Assembly: GCA_963676915.2 (NCBI GenBank)
Contig: CAXXVK010000054.1
Span: 1-64,000 of the forward strand
From: Myxococcota bacterium
GTDB lineage: Bacteria; Myxococcota_A; SURF-8; G963663525
DNA length: 64,000 nucleotides
Reading direction: 5' to 3'
The stretch's first letter is position 1, and every line of letters starts with the position of its first letter. Made by a program: the position numbers and the translations under genes. Below are positions 17,963-27,329 of this stretch, piece by piece. The notes below the pieces were generated by a model. It worked only from the letters and a program-made list of their open reading frames with translations. It ran no database searches and was not told the DNA's origin.

Positions 17963-20161
17963 TCAACGAATCGCGAGACTTAACGAATACTTCGTTTCGG
18001 AATTTCCCAGTTGAAATTCGATCCGGTGGGAGCCTTCCAGCAACGTTACTCCGGAGACGGGAGTTTCTCTGCGAGTGCGTCCATCGATAAAGAACCGTGC
18101 CCATGGCTGGGCGTTGAAGTTGCATGTGGCTTTCGTACGCCAGAGGTTTTGCTTGTCCTGGAACTGATCCACATGCAGTCGAATCGCGAAAAAACCTTCA
18201 GGCGTGCGTGCGGTGAAAAGCTGGTCTTTTTCAGGAGTTATCGCAGCGACGATGCGTTTTTGCTCGGGACCGCCGTTGTGACTAAAACCAAGTTCAGACT
18301 GACGGGAAAGCCACTTGATTTGCGGTGTCCAAGGGGACAACGCAACGCGAAGGGTTTCTGTTTCCTGCTTCGTTACTTTGAGTTCGAGGGTTTTCGTATG
18401 GAATCCCTTGGCTGTAAATGTGGCGGATAGGGATTTCCCGCCGGTGACGGGTGGCGTGGTTTCACCATGCTTGAGTGCTCTGCCACCGACGGTGATTTCG
18501 GTGTTGGCCGGAGTCGTCTCGAAACGATAGCGCGTCTGTTGCGGAACGAGGTTGTAATTCTTTGTTTCCGGTTTGTCGCCTGCTTCGGTGATGGTGAAAC
18601 GATCCTCAAAGGGTGCGTAGCCCGGTTTGGTTAAAAGAATCTTTTGTTCGACGCCTAAAGGGAAGGCTGCGAGGATCAACGGTGTGGTTTCCTGAAGCTT
18701 TTTGTCGTTGAGGGTGACCTCGGCATTGGGAGGATCGCTCTGGATTTTCACCATCCGGGTGAGTCTTTTCAGTTCTACGTGCTTTTTCGTCTCCTGTCCG
18801 CTTTCGACGCGAAAGGAAACGTTTTGTGCCGCATGAAAAGGGGCCTGAAGGGTTGCAGCCACATTCGTTTCAGCCGGTAAACGAGGAAAGCGGGCAGGGC
18901 AGGGCTGCTCCGGTTGTCCCGGAATCACTACCGTTGCACCATCGGCGTTGCTTGTCACAAGAAGAGAACCGGTTTCCGGTGCTTGCAAAAACCAGTATGT
19001 AGCAGAGGCGAGCGATGCGATGAGAAAAATGAGTATCAACGGCCACAGCGTTCGTTTACGTTTCGGTTTTTGACGTGTAACTTCCGTTTTTTTCGGATAC
19101 GCGGAAACCTGTGTGGATTCGAGAGGTTGTTTGAGGCTTTCACCAACCACCACGGTTTTTTCCGCCGGTTTCCCCGAAGGAACCACGATGGTTTTTTCGG
19201 GAAGTGCGCCGGTAGGACTTTGGGCCGCTTCGAAATGTTGGCTCAATAAATCGGCCAGGTCGCGTCCTTCTCCTCGTGCGAGGAGTGGATTTAATAACGC
19301 TTCGATTTCCGAAAGAAGTTCTTTGCAGGATTGGTAACGTTCTCCGGGGTCCAGAGCGGACGCCTTGCTACATAGCGCTAGAATCTCCGGTGTGAGATAT
19401 TCCTGAGTTTCCGAGTCGTTCCAAGGGGTTTTTCCTTTCACGATTCGATGCAGCAGGTCGTCGGCGGTTTGTTCCGAGGGCAGGGTGTCGTCCAGTGAAA
19501 AAGCTTTCCTGCCGCTGGCCAGTTCATAAAGCAGCAATCCCAAGGCGTAGATGTCGCTTCGCTGGTCCACGCGCTCGCCGCGAATGGTTTCGGGAGGCAG
19601 GTAGGGCAGTTTTCCCGCCATGGCTGAATCGTGGAACTGTTCCCGGCTTCGTACGCTGGCCAGGCCGAAATCGGTGAGCTTGATTTCTCCTTCGAAACTG
19701 ACGAGGACGTTGGACGGTGTCACGTCGCGGTGTACGAGGTGCAACAGACGGCCGTTTTCGTCGGAGAGACGGTGAGCGTAATCCAGGGCGCGGCAGACGG
19801 ATCGAACGATGGGCAGCGCGAAAGCCGCTCCGAAGTCTGTTCCCCGTTCTTTCATTCGGGCGATCAGGCTTCCCAGGTCCACTCCGCGAACGTATTCCAT
19901 GGCGAGCCAGAGATTGCCGTCTTCATCGCCGAAGTCGTAAATCTGTACGATATTCGCATGATTGAGACGTGCACTGAGGCTTGCTTCCGAGCAGAACATC
20001 TCGCTGAAACCGGGTTGGTGGCTTAAATGCGGAAGCAGCTTTTTCACCGTGACCAGTTTTTCGAAATCACGGCCCCGCTGCAATTTCGCAAGGTAGACTT
20101 CTCCCATTCCCCCAGTGGCGAGACGTTTGATCAGGTTGTACGAGCCGACGTTTTCCGCCAT
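17963..20161 (-). CDS. Membrane Ser/Thr protein kinase with PEGA repeats
   Basis: GGMGEVY, HRDVTPSN, DFG, YLPPE, DIYALG; TM segment LWPLILIFLIASLA; PEGA-like SDPPNAEV and TTPANTEI repeats. Confidence 0.93.
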   Translation of the reverse strand: MAENVGSYNLIKRLATGGMGEVYLAKLQRGRDFEKLVTVKKLLPHLSHQPGFSEMFCSEASLSARLNHANIVQIYDFGDEDGNLWLAMEYVRGVDLGSLIARMKERGTDFGAAFALPIVRSVCRALDYAHRLSDENGRLLHLVHRDVTPSNVLVSFEGEIKLTDFGLASVRSREQFHDSAMAGKLPYLPPETIRGERVDQRSDIYALGLLLYELASGRKAFSLDDTLPSEQTADDLLHRIVKGKTPWNDSETQEYLTPEILALCSKASALDPGERYQSCKELLSEIEALLNPLLARGEGRDLADLLSQHFEAAQSPTGALPEKTIVVPSGKPAEKTVVVGESLKQPLESTQVSAYPKKTEVTRQKPKRKRTLWPLILIFLIASLASATYWFLQAPETGSLLVTSNADGATVVIPGQPEQPCPARFPRLPAETNVAATLQAPFHAAQNVSFRVESGQETKKHVELKRLTRMVKIQSDPPNAEVTLNDKKLQETTPLILAAFPLGVEQKILLTKPGYAPFEDRFTITEAGDKPETKNYNLVPQQTRYRFETTPANTEITVGGRALKHGETTPPVTGGKSLSATFTAKGFHTKTLELKVTKQETETLRVALSPWTPQIKWLSRQSELGFSHNGGPEQKRIVAAITPEKDQLFTARTPEGFFAIRLHVDQFQDKQNLWRTKATCNFNAQPWARFFIDGRTRRETPVSGVTLLEGSHRIEFQLGNSETKYSLSLAIR

Positions 20162-20458
20162 TCGTGTGCTACCCTCGAAAATCTACTGAATTACTGAAGG
20201 AACCCCTCTTGTATAAGGTTTCGACGAGTTCGAATCTGTGAATATTCCAACTATAGAACCGGAAACGGCGCGATTCTACAACTTGAGGATGGAATTCGCA
20301 AACGGCTTGTTGATTGGAAATGTTGGATGAGCGCGAATTTTTTTGTAGGGAAACATCCTATTCTTGGTTCTTGCATTTTCGGTACAACAATGGTCTGGAT
20401 TCATCATTAAAAACAGATAATTTCGTGATTCCAGATGGTTACATGAGATGAGACATGA

Positions 20459-20516
20459 TGGGGCAGGATTGTATCCTGCCCCCAAACGTTTCGGTTCAGG
20501 TTGAAAACCTGAACCA
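20459..20516. repeat. REP-like palindrome doublet in inverted orientation
   Basis: GGGGCAGGAT-TGT-ATCCTGCCCC (20460-20482) and GGTTCAGGTT-GAA-AACCTGAACC (20493-20515), both perfect 10-bp stems. Confidence 0.65.
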
Positions 20517-20566
20517 ACGGATTTCGTGCGAGAAGTGCCATTTACTTAAGATCCACCACTCTGATT

Positions 20567-21838
20567 CTATGTGGCAAAAAGCGGAGGCTGTGGGACAAGT
20601 TCCACCTCTCGACCGCCAACGAAAACACGATGAACGTGATTGCGTCCCCAGCGGTAGAAAAGGTAGTCGATGCCGGGAACATCGAACAACACGAGATCCG
20701 CTCGCAGTCCTTTTTCGATTCTCCCACGATCACCCAGAGCCAGGGAACGGGCGGCGTCTGATGTGACGGCAGGCAGCAGCTTTTCGGGTGTCCAACGCAT
20801 TTGCATTGCCGCAAGTTGGGCGATCAGCGGAAGATTGGCGCAAACGCAGCTACCTGGATTGAAATCGCTGGCCAGCACAACGCACAGCCCGGCTTTGTAC
20901 ATGGCTTCTATGGGCGCGAAGTTGTGCGATCCGAGGTTTAGGGTCGTGCCGGGCAATATGGCGGCGATCACTCCTTTTTTTGCCATATCGGCAATTCCCT
21001 GGTCGCTGACCGCCATCAGGTGGTCACAGGCTACGGCGTCGAGTTCCGCCGCCAGTTCCGCTGCACCGGAGGGTGCGAATTCGTCGGCGTGAAGACGCAA
21101 AAGCAGGCCGTGTTCGCGCCCGGCAAGCAGGATTTTGCGGGACTGATCCACGTCGAACCATCCCTTTTCGCAAAAAACGTCACAAAAACGTGCAATTCCC
21201 TGTTCGGCTACGGCAGGCAGCATTTCCTCGACAATAAGGTCTACGTAGGCATCGCGGCGATCACGGTATTCCAGTGGAAATTCGTGCGCGCCCAGAAAGG
21301 TTGGGACAACCTGCGGCGCACCTTCGTCTCGAAGTTTTCCCAAGACAGCGAGTTGCTTGAGTTCGCTTTCGGTAGTCAGTCCGTAACCGCTTTTTCCTTC
21401 GATGGTGGTGACGCCGTAGCCGAGCATTTCGTCCAGCCAATATCGCGCTGTCCGGTACAATTCGTCTTCCGACGCGGCCCGTGTGGCTTTGACCGTCGTT
21501 TGAATGCCTCCGCCGCGAGCGGCGATTTCGGTATAGGGCACGCCTCGAAGACGTTCGGCGTACTCCGTCGAGCGCTCTCCTGCAAACACCGGATGGGTGT
21601 GGCTGTCGATCCACCCCGGCGTTAGGGTCGTTTTTCGGGCGTCTATTGCAGGCATTTGTCTATAGTTATCGGGTAGTTCCGTTTCGTGGCCTGCCCAGTC
21701 GATCAAGCCGTCCCGGACGGCAACCGCTGCGTTTTCAATCCGTCCCAACGGATTGTCCGGGGTGATGCGTTTTTCATCGAGTGTGGCCATGACGGCGATA
21801 TTGTGAAGAACGAAAGAGGACGAATTTGTAAGATTCAT
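20567..21838 (-). CDS. hutI: Imidazolonepropionase
   Basis: PGWIDSHTH, GGGI..TV.ATR, EGKSGYGL, TFLGAH, DVFCE, LHADE, SDFNPGS. Confidence 0.95.
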   Translation of the reverse strand: MNLTNSSSFVLHNIAVMATLDEKRITPDNPLGRIENAAVAVRDGLIDWAGHETELPDNYRQMPAIDARKTTLTPGWIDSHTHPVFAGERSTEYAERLRGVPYTEIAARGGGIQTTVKATRAASEDELYRTARYWLDEMLGYGVTTIEGKSGYGLTTESELKQLAVLGKLRDEGAPQVVPTFLGAHEFPLEYRDRRDAYVDLIVEEMLPAVAEQGIARFCDVFCEKGWFDVDQSRKILLAGREHGLLLRLHADEFAPSGAAELAAELDAVACDHLMAVSDQGIADMAKKGVIAAILPGTTLNLGSHNFAPIEAMYKAGLCVVLASDFNPGSCVCANLPLIAQLAAMQMRWTPEKLLPAVTSDAARSLALGDRGRIEKGLRADLVLFDVPGIDYLFYRWGRNHVHRVFVGGREVELVPQPPLFAT

Positions 21839-21920
21839 GTCAGCTTTTCCGGAAAATGGTGAAATTTGCGCCGTATAAACGGAAACGTTTCGATGTCGTG
21901 CATGTTGGAAACGAGGAGCC

Positions 21921-22598
21921 TCAGTCCAGGTACATCGAAAAGATCGGCTTGAGTTTCTTGGCGCTGTTTTTAATGCTCATGGTGACGCCGTAACCGAAGG
22001 CGTCGAGAATGATAATGCTGTTGACGGTTGCATCCTGCTTGGAAGCGGCACGGATGCGATCGGCGAGTTTGTCATTGACTTTGTGCACGTTTTCGTAAAT
22101 CTCCTTGAGACCATCGATGCTCCAATCGGGTGTTTGGCCCTCCTGTTCGCGAACGAACTGCGCGGTCAAATACATTCCGATGGCACGAAAAACGGTATGT
22201 TCCCGCGTACCGAATGGAAGATGAAATTGTGCCATGGGCCGTAAACGTCCTACAACCGGGCAACTCGATAGCGCCAGCAGCAGTCCGAGCAGTGATCTCA
22301 CCGCGTTTTGCATCGTGGTTTGAGCTTCGATGCGGACATCGTGTTGCTCGACGGTTACTTTGACATCTTCGTAGGATATTTTGTGGCTGAAGGCTTCGAC
22401 CACAGGTTTCATGGCCATCGCCGCCGGGCAAGTGGTACGCGAGGACGGATCGAGCGGGCAGCCTTCGCAACGGTAACGATCCAGCCGCATCCACTCGGGA
22501 ACTTCCGTCAGGTTTTCTTCGTAAGAGGTGTCGGATTGCTCGTCGATGGCGAATTCAATGACCGTCTGAGGGTCGAATTCGAAGCGGTAATGGATCAT
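21921..22598 (-). CDS. Conserved hypothetical protein (DUF6901-like)
   Basis: W..L....C.GCPL......CP and SSCP...LRPMAQFHLPF pattern; family name recalled from memory. Confidence 0.65.
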   Translation of the reverse strand: MIHYRFEFDPQTVIEFAIDEQSDTSYEENLTEVPEWMRLDRYRCEGCPLDPSSRTTCPAAMAMKPVVEAFSHKISYEDVKVTVEQHDVRIEAQTTMQNAVRSLLGLLLALSSCPVVGRLRPMAQFHLPFGTREHTVFRAIGMYLTAQFVREQEGQTPDWSIDGLKEIYENVHKVNDKLADRIRAASKQDATVNSIIILDAFGYGVTMSIKNSAKKLKPIFSMYLD

Positions 22599-22644
22599 CT
22601 TTCGCTCCTTGAATGAACATAGGCCGAAAAATTACGAAAATGCA

Positions 22645-23358
22645 TTATTTTTTCTTTTTGGCGGCTCTACGGGTTAGCAGCAGCAGCCAATCATGGACGG
22701 GTTTCATTTTTTCGTATCGTCGGAAACAATAATCGACGAAACCTTTCTGCGTGAAAATACGGGGGATTTTCTCTTCGGTTCCCACATGCAAACCATTATG
22801 TTTCAACCAACAAGCCATGGGATGGGAGGTGTCGATTCCCCTCGGAACGCGTTTGTAGTGGCGTCCACCGATCTCGTAGCCTTTCTCGGGAAGCGATTCG
22901 ATGGCCGAAAGCAGGCTTGTGGCGTACCGTTTTTGCACGATATTCCTGCGGTATTCGGCCAATTGTTCCTTGGAAAAGCAATATAGCCCTACACCGAGCT
23001 TGATGTTGGTTGCGTCCAACTGAAAATAGTACCCGGAGCACTCCAACTTCTTGCCGGAACCTTCCCAGAACCACAATCCCATGTGGGTTTTGTAAGGGCT
23101 TTTGTCTTTACTGAAGCGAATGTCCCGATTGATACGGAACATCGACTGGTTGATACGAGGGTCGGCGACGACCTTGGGGGAAAGCTCTCGAAGTTTTTCT
23201 CCCATAGCCACAACGAAGTCTTTGGCCGGTTCCAATACGTATTCGTCGTATTGAGCGCGGTTTTTGGAAAACCATTCTTTATTGTTGTTTTTTTTCAACT
23301 CTTCAAAAAATGAGGACGTTTCTTTGGAAAAGCCCGAAAAACCGGCGGCTTTTGCCAT
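22645..23358 (-). CDS. DUF2461/TIGR02453 family protein
   Basis: NNNKEWF, FRINRDIRFSKDKSPYKTH, KRVPRG. Confidence 0.9.
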   Translation of the reverse strand: MAKAAGFSGFSKETSSFFEELKKNNNKEWFSKNRAQYDEYVLEPAKDFVVAMGEKLRELSPKVVADPRINQSMFRINRDIRFSKDKSPYKTHMGLWFWEGSGKKLECSGYYFQLDATNIKLGVGLYCFSKEQLAEYRRNIVQKRYATSLLSAIESLPEKGYEIGGRHYKRVPRGIDTSHPMACWLKHNGLHVGTEEKIPRIFTQKGFVDYCFRRYEKMKPVHDWLLLLTRRAAKKKK

Positions 23359-23612
23359 TATTTACTCCTTTTCGAAAAACGAATCGCCTGACCCGTACAA
23401 ATTAGCGGTAGTATGAAACGCAAATCTTGACCCTTGCAACGTCTATATGCTAGGAAGTGAGTTTAAGTTTATCGGATTGTTGCCGGTAGGACAATAGCGA
23501 TTTCCCTTCGAATCACAAAAAGACAACGGATATGGGTGAATTTTTTGCATCACATGGACCGAAAAGCCGTTTCGGCCCGCCCAATATCCGGCACGTTGAG
23601 AAAGTGATGATC

Positions 23613-24188
23613 ATGGCTGAATCTTCTCGTTGCTCCCGGAAAATTTTTGGCGCGTTTCTGGCGTTTTTCGCTTTGACACTTGCCATGCTGGCGGGCTGTT
23701 CTTCTTCCAACGCGGATTGCTACGACTTCTGCCAGGCCATCAACCGTTCCAACTCGTACGGGTATTGCCTTGTCGAGTATTGGTATGCGGAAGCCGAATG
23801 GAAAAACGACACCTGTTGGGCCGAACAGAAGCCGGAAAACTGGCCGAATATCGGCAGTTGCGTCAGTGCCAATTCCGCCAAACTGCTGGATCTCGATCCG
23901 GGATTTGTCGATTCGGACGCGCTTTATTCCGTAGAAGTGCCGGAAGATGGGCTATTCTGGCAGAACTTATCGATATCTCCGAAAGTTTTGGCTGATGACG
24001 TTTGTCAATCCTATTTTATTTATAATCCTCTCACCCTTCAGGAATGCGATCGAGTTTGCGACGTGATGACCAACGGACAAGCCATGCCGAAAGATTTCAA
24101 GACCTGCTTGTCTACGGTCAACAACAAGAGTGAAATGCTTCAGTGTCAGGCACGTTTGCAACGTTCGTTGGAATTGCAGGAACAATAA
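23613..24188 (+). CDS. Cys-containing hypothetical lipoprotein
   Basis: Signal peptide with lipobox LAGC; multiple Cys in the mature part. Confidence 0.7.
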   Translation: MAESSRCSRKIFGAFLAFFALTLAMLAGCSSSNADCYDFCQAINRSNSYGYCLVEYWYAEAEWKNDTCWAEQKPENWPNIGSCVSANSAKLLDLDPGFVDSDALYSVEVPEDGLFWQNLSISPKVLADDVCQSYFIYNPLTLQECDRVCDVMTNGQAMPKDFKTCLSTVNNKSEMLQCQARLQRSLELQEQ

Positions 24189-24202
24189 GGCGGAGAGAAT
24201 CG

Positions 24203-24895
24203 TTGGCTTCATCGAACGAACAACCGAAACGTCTGCAGCGCATCGAGCAGCAGGGAGAACCGGTCACACAATCGGGTAAAGTGACTCGTATACGGACGTT
24301 CAGCCTCGCCAATCGCTATGAAAGCGGGGAATGTTCCCGAAACTACACCTTGGATGTCGTTTCCCACTGTGGTACGGACGCCGTCGGTGTTTTGCCATAC
24401 TGGAAAGAAAACGGCGTCTGGCGCGTGATGATGCTGAAAAGTTTCCGTCCCGCTTTGACCTTCCGCGACCGTTCCCCCGAGGAACGCCCCTTTATTTACG
24501 AAATCATTGCCGGGGTGCTGGAAGAGGGTGAGAACTCCGCCGATGGGATTTTGCATCGGGCGCGAGAGGAATTGCTCGAAGAAGCCGGACTGCGAGTCGA
24601 AGAGTCATCCATCGAACCATTGGGAGTGGCGTTTTACGTATCTCCTGGAATTTATACCGAAAAAATCCATCTGGCCTGTGTTGAACTGGATTCGCCTCGT
24701 TGCGAAACTCCGACACGCGATGGCTCCGTGATGGAGGAATTGTTGGAATCCGTATCTTTCGATCTCGAAGAAGCTTTGCAGCTTTGTGCCACCGGAGAGA
24801 TACGGGAAGCGAAAACCGAACTGGCATTGCGCAGACTCAAGGAACGCCTGGAGTCAAGCAATCGCCTTCATACGAACCGCAAGGGGGCCGCGTGA
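24203..24895 (+). CDS. NUDIX hydrolase (ADP-ribose pyrophosphatase-like)
   Basis: EIIAGVLEEGE...AREELLEEAG Nudix box with a short insertion; SPGIYTEKI; TTG start after GGAG (start uncertain). Confidence 0.85.
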   Translation: MASSNEQPKRLQRIEQQGEPVTQSGKVTRIRTFSLANRYESGECSRNYTLDVVSHCGTDAVGVLPYWKENGVWRVMMLKSFRPALTFRDRSPEERPFIYEIIAGVLEEGENSADGILHRAREELLEEAGLRVEESSIEPLGVAFYVSPGIYTEKIHLACVELDSPRCETPTRDGSVMEELLESVSFDLEEALQLCATGEIREAKTELALRRLKERLESSNRLHTNRKGAA

Positions 24896-26250
24896 AATCG
24901 AATTTCCCCGCCAAACTCGTCCGTATTCCGCTGTTGGTCGGAATTTTGGCCTGCCTGTTTGTTTTGCCCGCCGAAAGCGCCGAATTTACCGAGGTTCTCG
25001 ACGCTTCGGATGGTCCAGACGATCCGGTGGATATCCGCATCAGTATCGGTTATCGCCAGGAAATGCAGTGGGCAACCATCGCTCGTGAACGTAATACGGT
25101 GGGAACGAGCGTCCGGGATATGATCGATCAGGACGAATTCGATGTGCATTACATCAAACACATCATGGACATCACCGGGCGCGTAGGTCTGTACAAAGAC
25201 CTCGAACTACATTTTACCTTACCAGTTCATCTTTCCGAGACGCATACTGGCGAGATGTCGATGCACTGGCGCGACAAGTGGTGGGCTGGAGAATACGATC
25301 CCTACAATCTCCATCAAAAAGGCCGACCTTCTCTGCAAACCGACAAAGTGTTGCGCTACTCTGCATGGGATGTGACCCATAGTGGTTTTGGAGACATGAC
25401 CTTCGGTTTCACCTATGGAGTATTTGACGAAGGTCGTGACCCGACCCGGCCCGATGTCAATTTTACCTTGGATTTCCAGTTGCCAACCGGGACGGAGCAA
25501 AAGCCTACCATCGGCCGCGACTTGAGCAATCCAGAGAAGGGGACTGCCAGTGGAATCGGAGTGGGATCACAAGTTTTCGAGTTGATCTTCAAAACCGCTG
25601 CGGCGAAAAGCTTTGGAATCTGGGAACCTTATGCGGAACTCAATCTTCACATTCCCGTTCCCGCCGGTCCTCTTATGAGCGACCCACAATGGCAGGGTGG
25701 TGGATTGTTCGGAATGGAATTCGTTGCCTTCGAGCACAAAGAGAAACGGGCCAACGAGCCGAAATGGCGGGTGGCTTTCGATTGGCGCTTGGGGATTCAG
25801 ATGTTCGGTCCCGGCCAATGCTTCAATGAACTCACCGATGCTCTGGCATATCGAAAGGATTTGGACAACCAGACAGGCCAGACCTGGTGGCCTGAAGATA
25901 CTCGAACCGGAGATGGACGGCCGTTTTTCGAATATCCCAATGCGGGAAATGGCGTGGATAGCATTACAGCACCGAATTTCCATCTTTCCAAGTCGAGCAG
26001 CTACGCCCGGATTCGTTCTCGTTTCGGTCTGAACGGAATTTTGGGTCATTATTTTACATTCAGCGTTTGGGGCTCGGCAGCCTATCGCACCGAGCATTTC
26101 CTGTCTACGCCTGGAGCGATCGATCCTGATACCTTACGTCCTGTAAATACAGGCGACTACTATGCGCAGATCAACGAGGTCGGAACGCGGGTGAAGTTGA
26201 CGGATGCCTTGCAAGTGTCGTGGATGGTGCAGATCGGTTTCCAATATTGA
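24892..26250 (+). CDS. Putative outer-membrane beta-barrel protein
   Basis: GTG start overlapping the upstream stop; signal peptide ending AESA; amphipathic strands, GFGDMTFG; C-terminal aromatic (IGFQY). Confidence 0.7.
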   Translation: MKSNFPAKLVRIPLLVGILACLFVLPAESAEFTEVLDASDGPDDPVDIRISIGYRQEMQWATIARERNTVGTSVRDMIDQDEFDVHYIKHIMDITGRVGLYKDLELHFTLPVHLSETHTGEMSMHWRDKWWAGEYDPYNLHQKGRPSLQTDKVLRYSAWDVTHSGFGDMTFGFTYGVFDEGRDPTRPDVNFTLDFQLPTGTEQKPTIGRDLSNPEKGTASGIGVGSQVFELIFKTAAAKSFGIWEPYAELNLHIPVPAGPLMSDPQWQGGGLFGMEFVAFEHKEKRANEPKWRVAFDWRLGIQMFGPGQCFNELTDALAYRKDLDNQTGQTWWPEDTRTGDGRPFFEYPNAGNGVDSITAPNFHLSKSSSYARIRSRFGLNGILGHYFTFSVWGSAAYRTEHFLSTPGAIDPDTLRPVNTGDYYAQINEVGTRVKLTDALQVSWMVQIGFQY

Positions 26251-26349
26251 GTTTTGCGAAAACCCGTTTTCGATGGTATGATTACCAGAGCAGCGTATGA
26301 AACGGAACAATAATGGGGATTTCGCTCAACCTCGCATGAGTTGGTGATC

Positions 26350-26745
26350 ATGGAAAAATGGAAATCGTTCTATCTTAATAGGGTTTACCCCCGCTTCAAA
26401 GTGCAAGCCACGGTGGACTTGCAAGGGGAGAACCTGCTTTTGTTCCATAAAATCGAGAATATTTCGCTCGGTGGGCTGTCCATTTTCTCCCCTGAACCCG
26501 AACCGGTCGGTTCTATCGTCGAAGTTGTGATCAATTTTCCCGAAGATGACACCGAGATCATGGTGCAGGGCGAAGTCGTCTGGCTGAGCGAAGATCCCTG
26601 TTGTCTGATCGGCATTCGTTTCCTCAATCTTACCGGCTGGAACCGTGAACGCCTCAACCGTTTCATTTTCGAATCGGTACGAATTCCCAGCCAGCATGTG
26701 GAAATCGATGGACTCGAAGACGACGACATCAACCCTTCCCGCTGA
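26350..26745 (+). CDS. PilZ-domain protein
   Basis: RVYPRF (RxxxR) and NISLGG (D/NxSxxG) c-di-GMP motifs; GEVVW...GIRF. Confidence 0.88.
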   Translation: MEKWKSFYLNRVYPRFKVQATVDLQGENLLLFHKIENISLGGLSIFSPEPEPVGSIVEVVINFPEDDTEIMVQGEVVWLSEDPCCLIGIRFLNLTGWNRERLNRFIFESVRIPSQHVEIDGLEDDDINPSR

Positions 26746-27133
26746 CGTTTCGTCACTGCTCGACGACGCCCGCGAACTTCTTTCCAAAGCCTATGCTCCG
26801 TATTCCCATTTTTTTGTCGCTGCCGTACTGGTAGGGAAGAGTGGAACTCGCTACCATGGATGCAACGTGGAGTGTGCCAGCTACGGCGGGACGATTTGTG
26901 CCGAGCGAAACGCGCTATGTTCTGCCGTTGCACAGGGAGAACGGGAGTTTTCGCATCTTTTGGTGTATACCGCGGCAGAAGAACCAACCCCACCGTGTGG
27001 TCTGTGTCGCCAGATGCTGTATGAATTCGCCCCCGATTTGAAGGTGTTTGCCGTTACGGCAAACAATGCCTGGAAATCCTGGATTTTACGGGATTTACTA
27101 CCCGAGGCGTTCGGTCCCGACCAGCTTTCTTGA
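26708..27133 (+). CDS. cdd: Cytidine deaminase
   Basis: AYAPYS.F.V.A, GCNVE, CAER, PCGLCRQ, LLPEAF. Confidence 0.95.
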   Translation: MDSKTTTSTLPADVSSLLDDARELLSKAYAPYSHFFVAAVLVGKSGTRYHGCNVECASYGGTICAERNALCSAVAQGEREFSHLLVYTAAEEPTPPCGLCRQMLYEFAPDLKVFAVTANNAWKSWILRDLLPEAFGPDQLS

Positions 27134-27276
27134 TCTCCATCTGTCAATAAAATCAATTACGTCGATATACAAAAACGACGATTGCTCTCCATTTTATCAA
27201 AATTTTTTCTTGAAAAGCATAGAAATCTTCCCTATACTTTCGTCTCATACAGTTTCTAAACAAAGGGGAGGGGGAA

Positions 27277-27312
27277 TTTTTCGAAGGCCGCTCGAAGGCG
27301 GCTTTCGAAAAA
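27277..27312. terminator. Hairpin/terminator between convergent genes
   Basis: TTTTTCGAAGGCCGC/GCGGCTTTCGAAAAA inverted repeat. Confidence 0.6.
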
Positions 27313-27329
27313 AGGCGTTTGTGCGTGAT

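Noticed and set aside
20567-21838. hutI without other hut genes as a novel pathway
   Set aside because: Scattered hut genes are common and the active-site motifs are canonical
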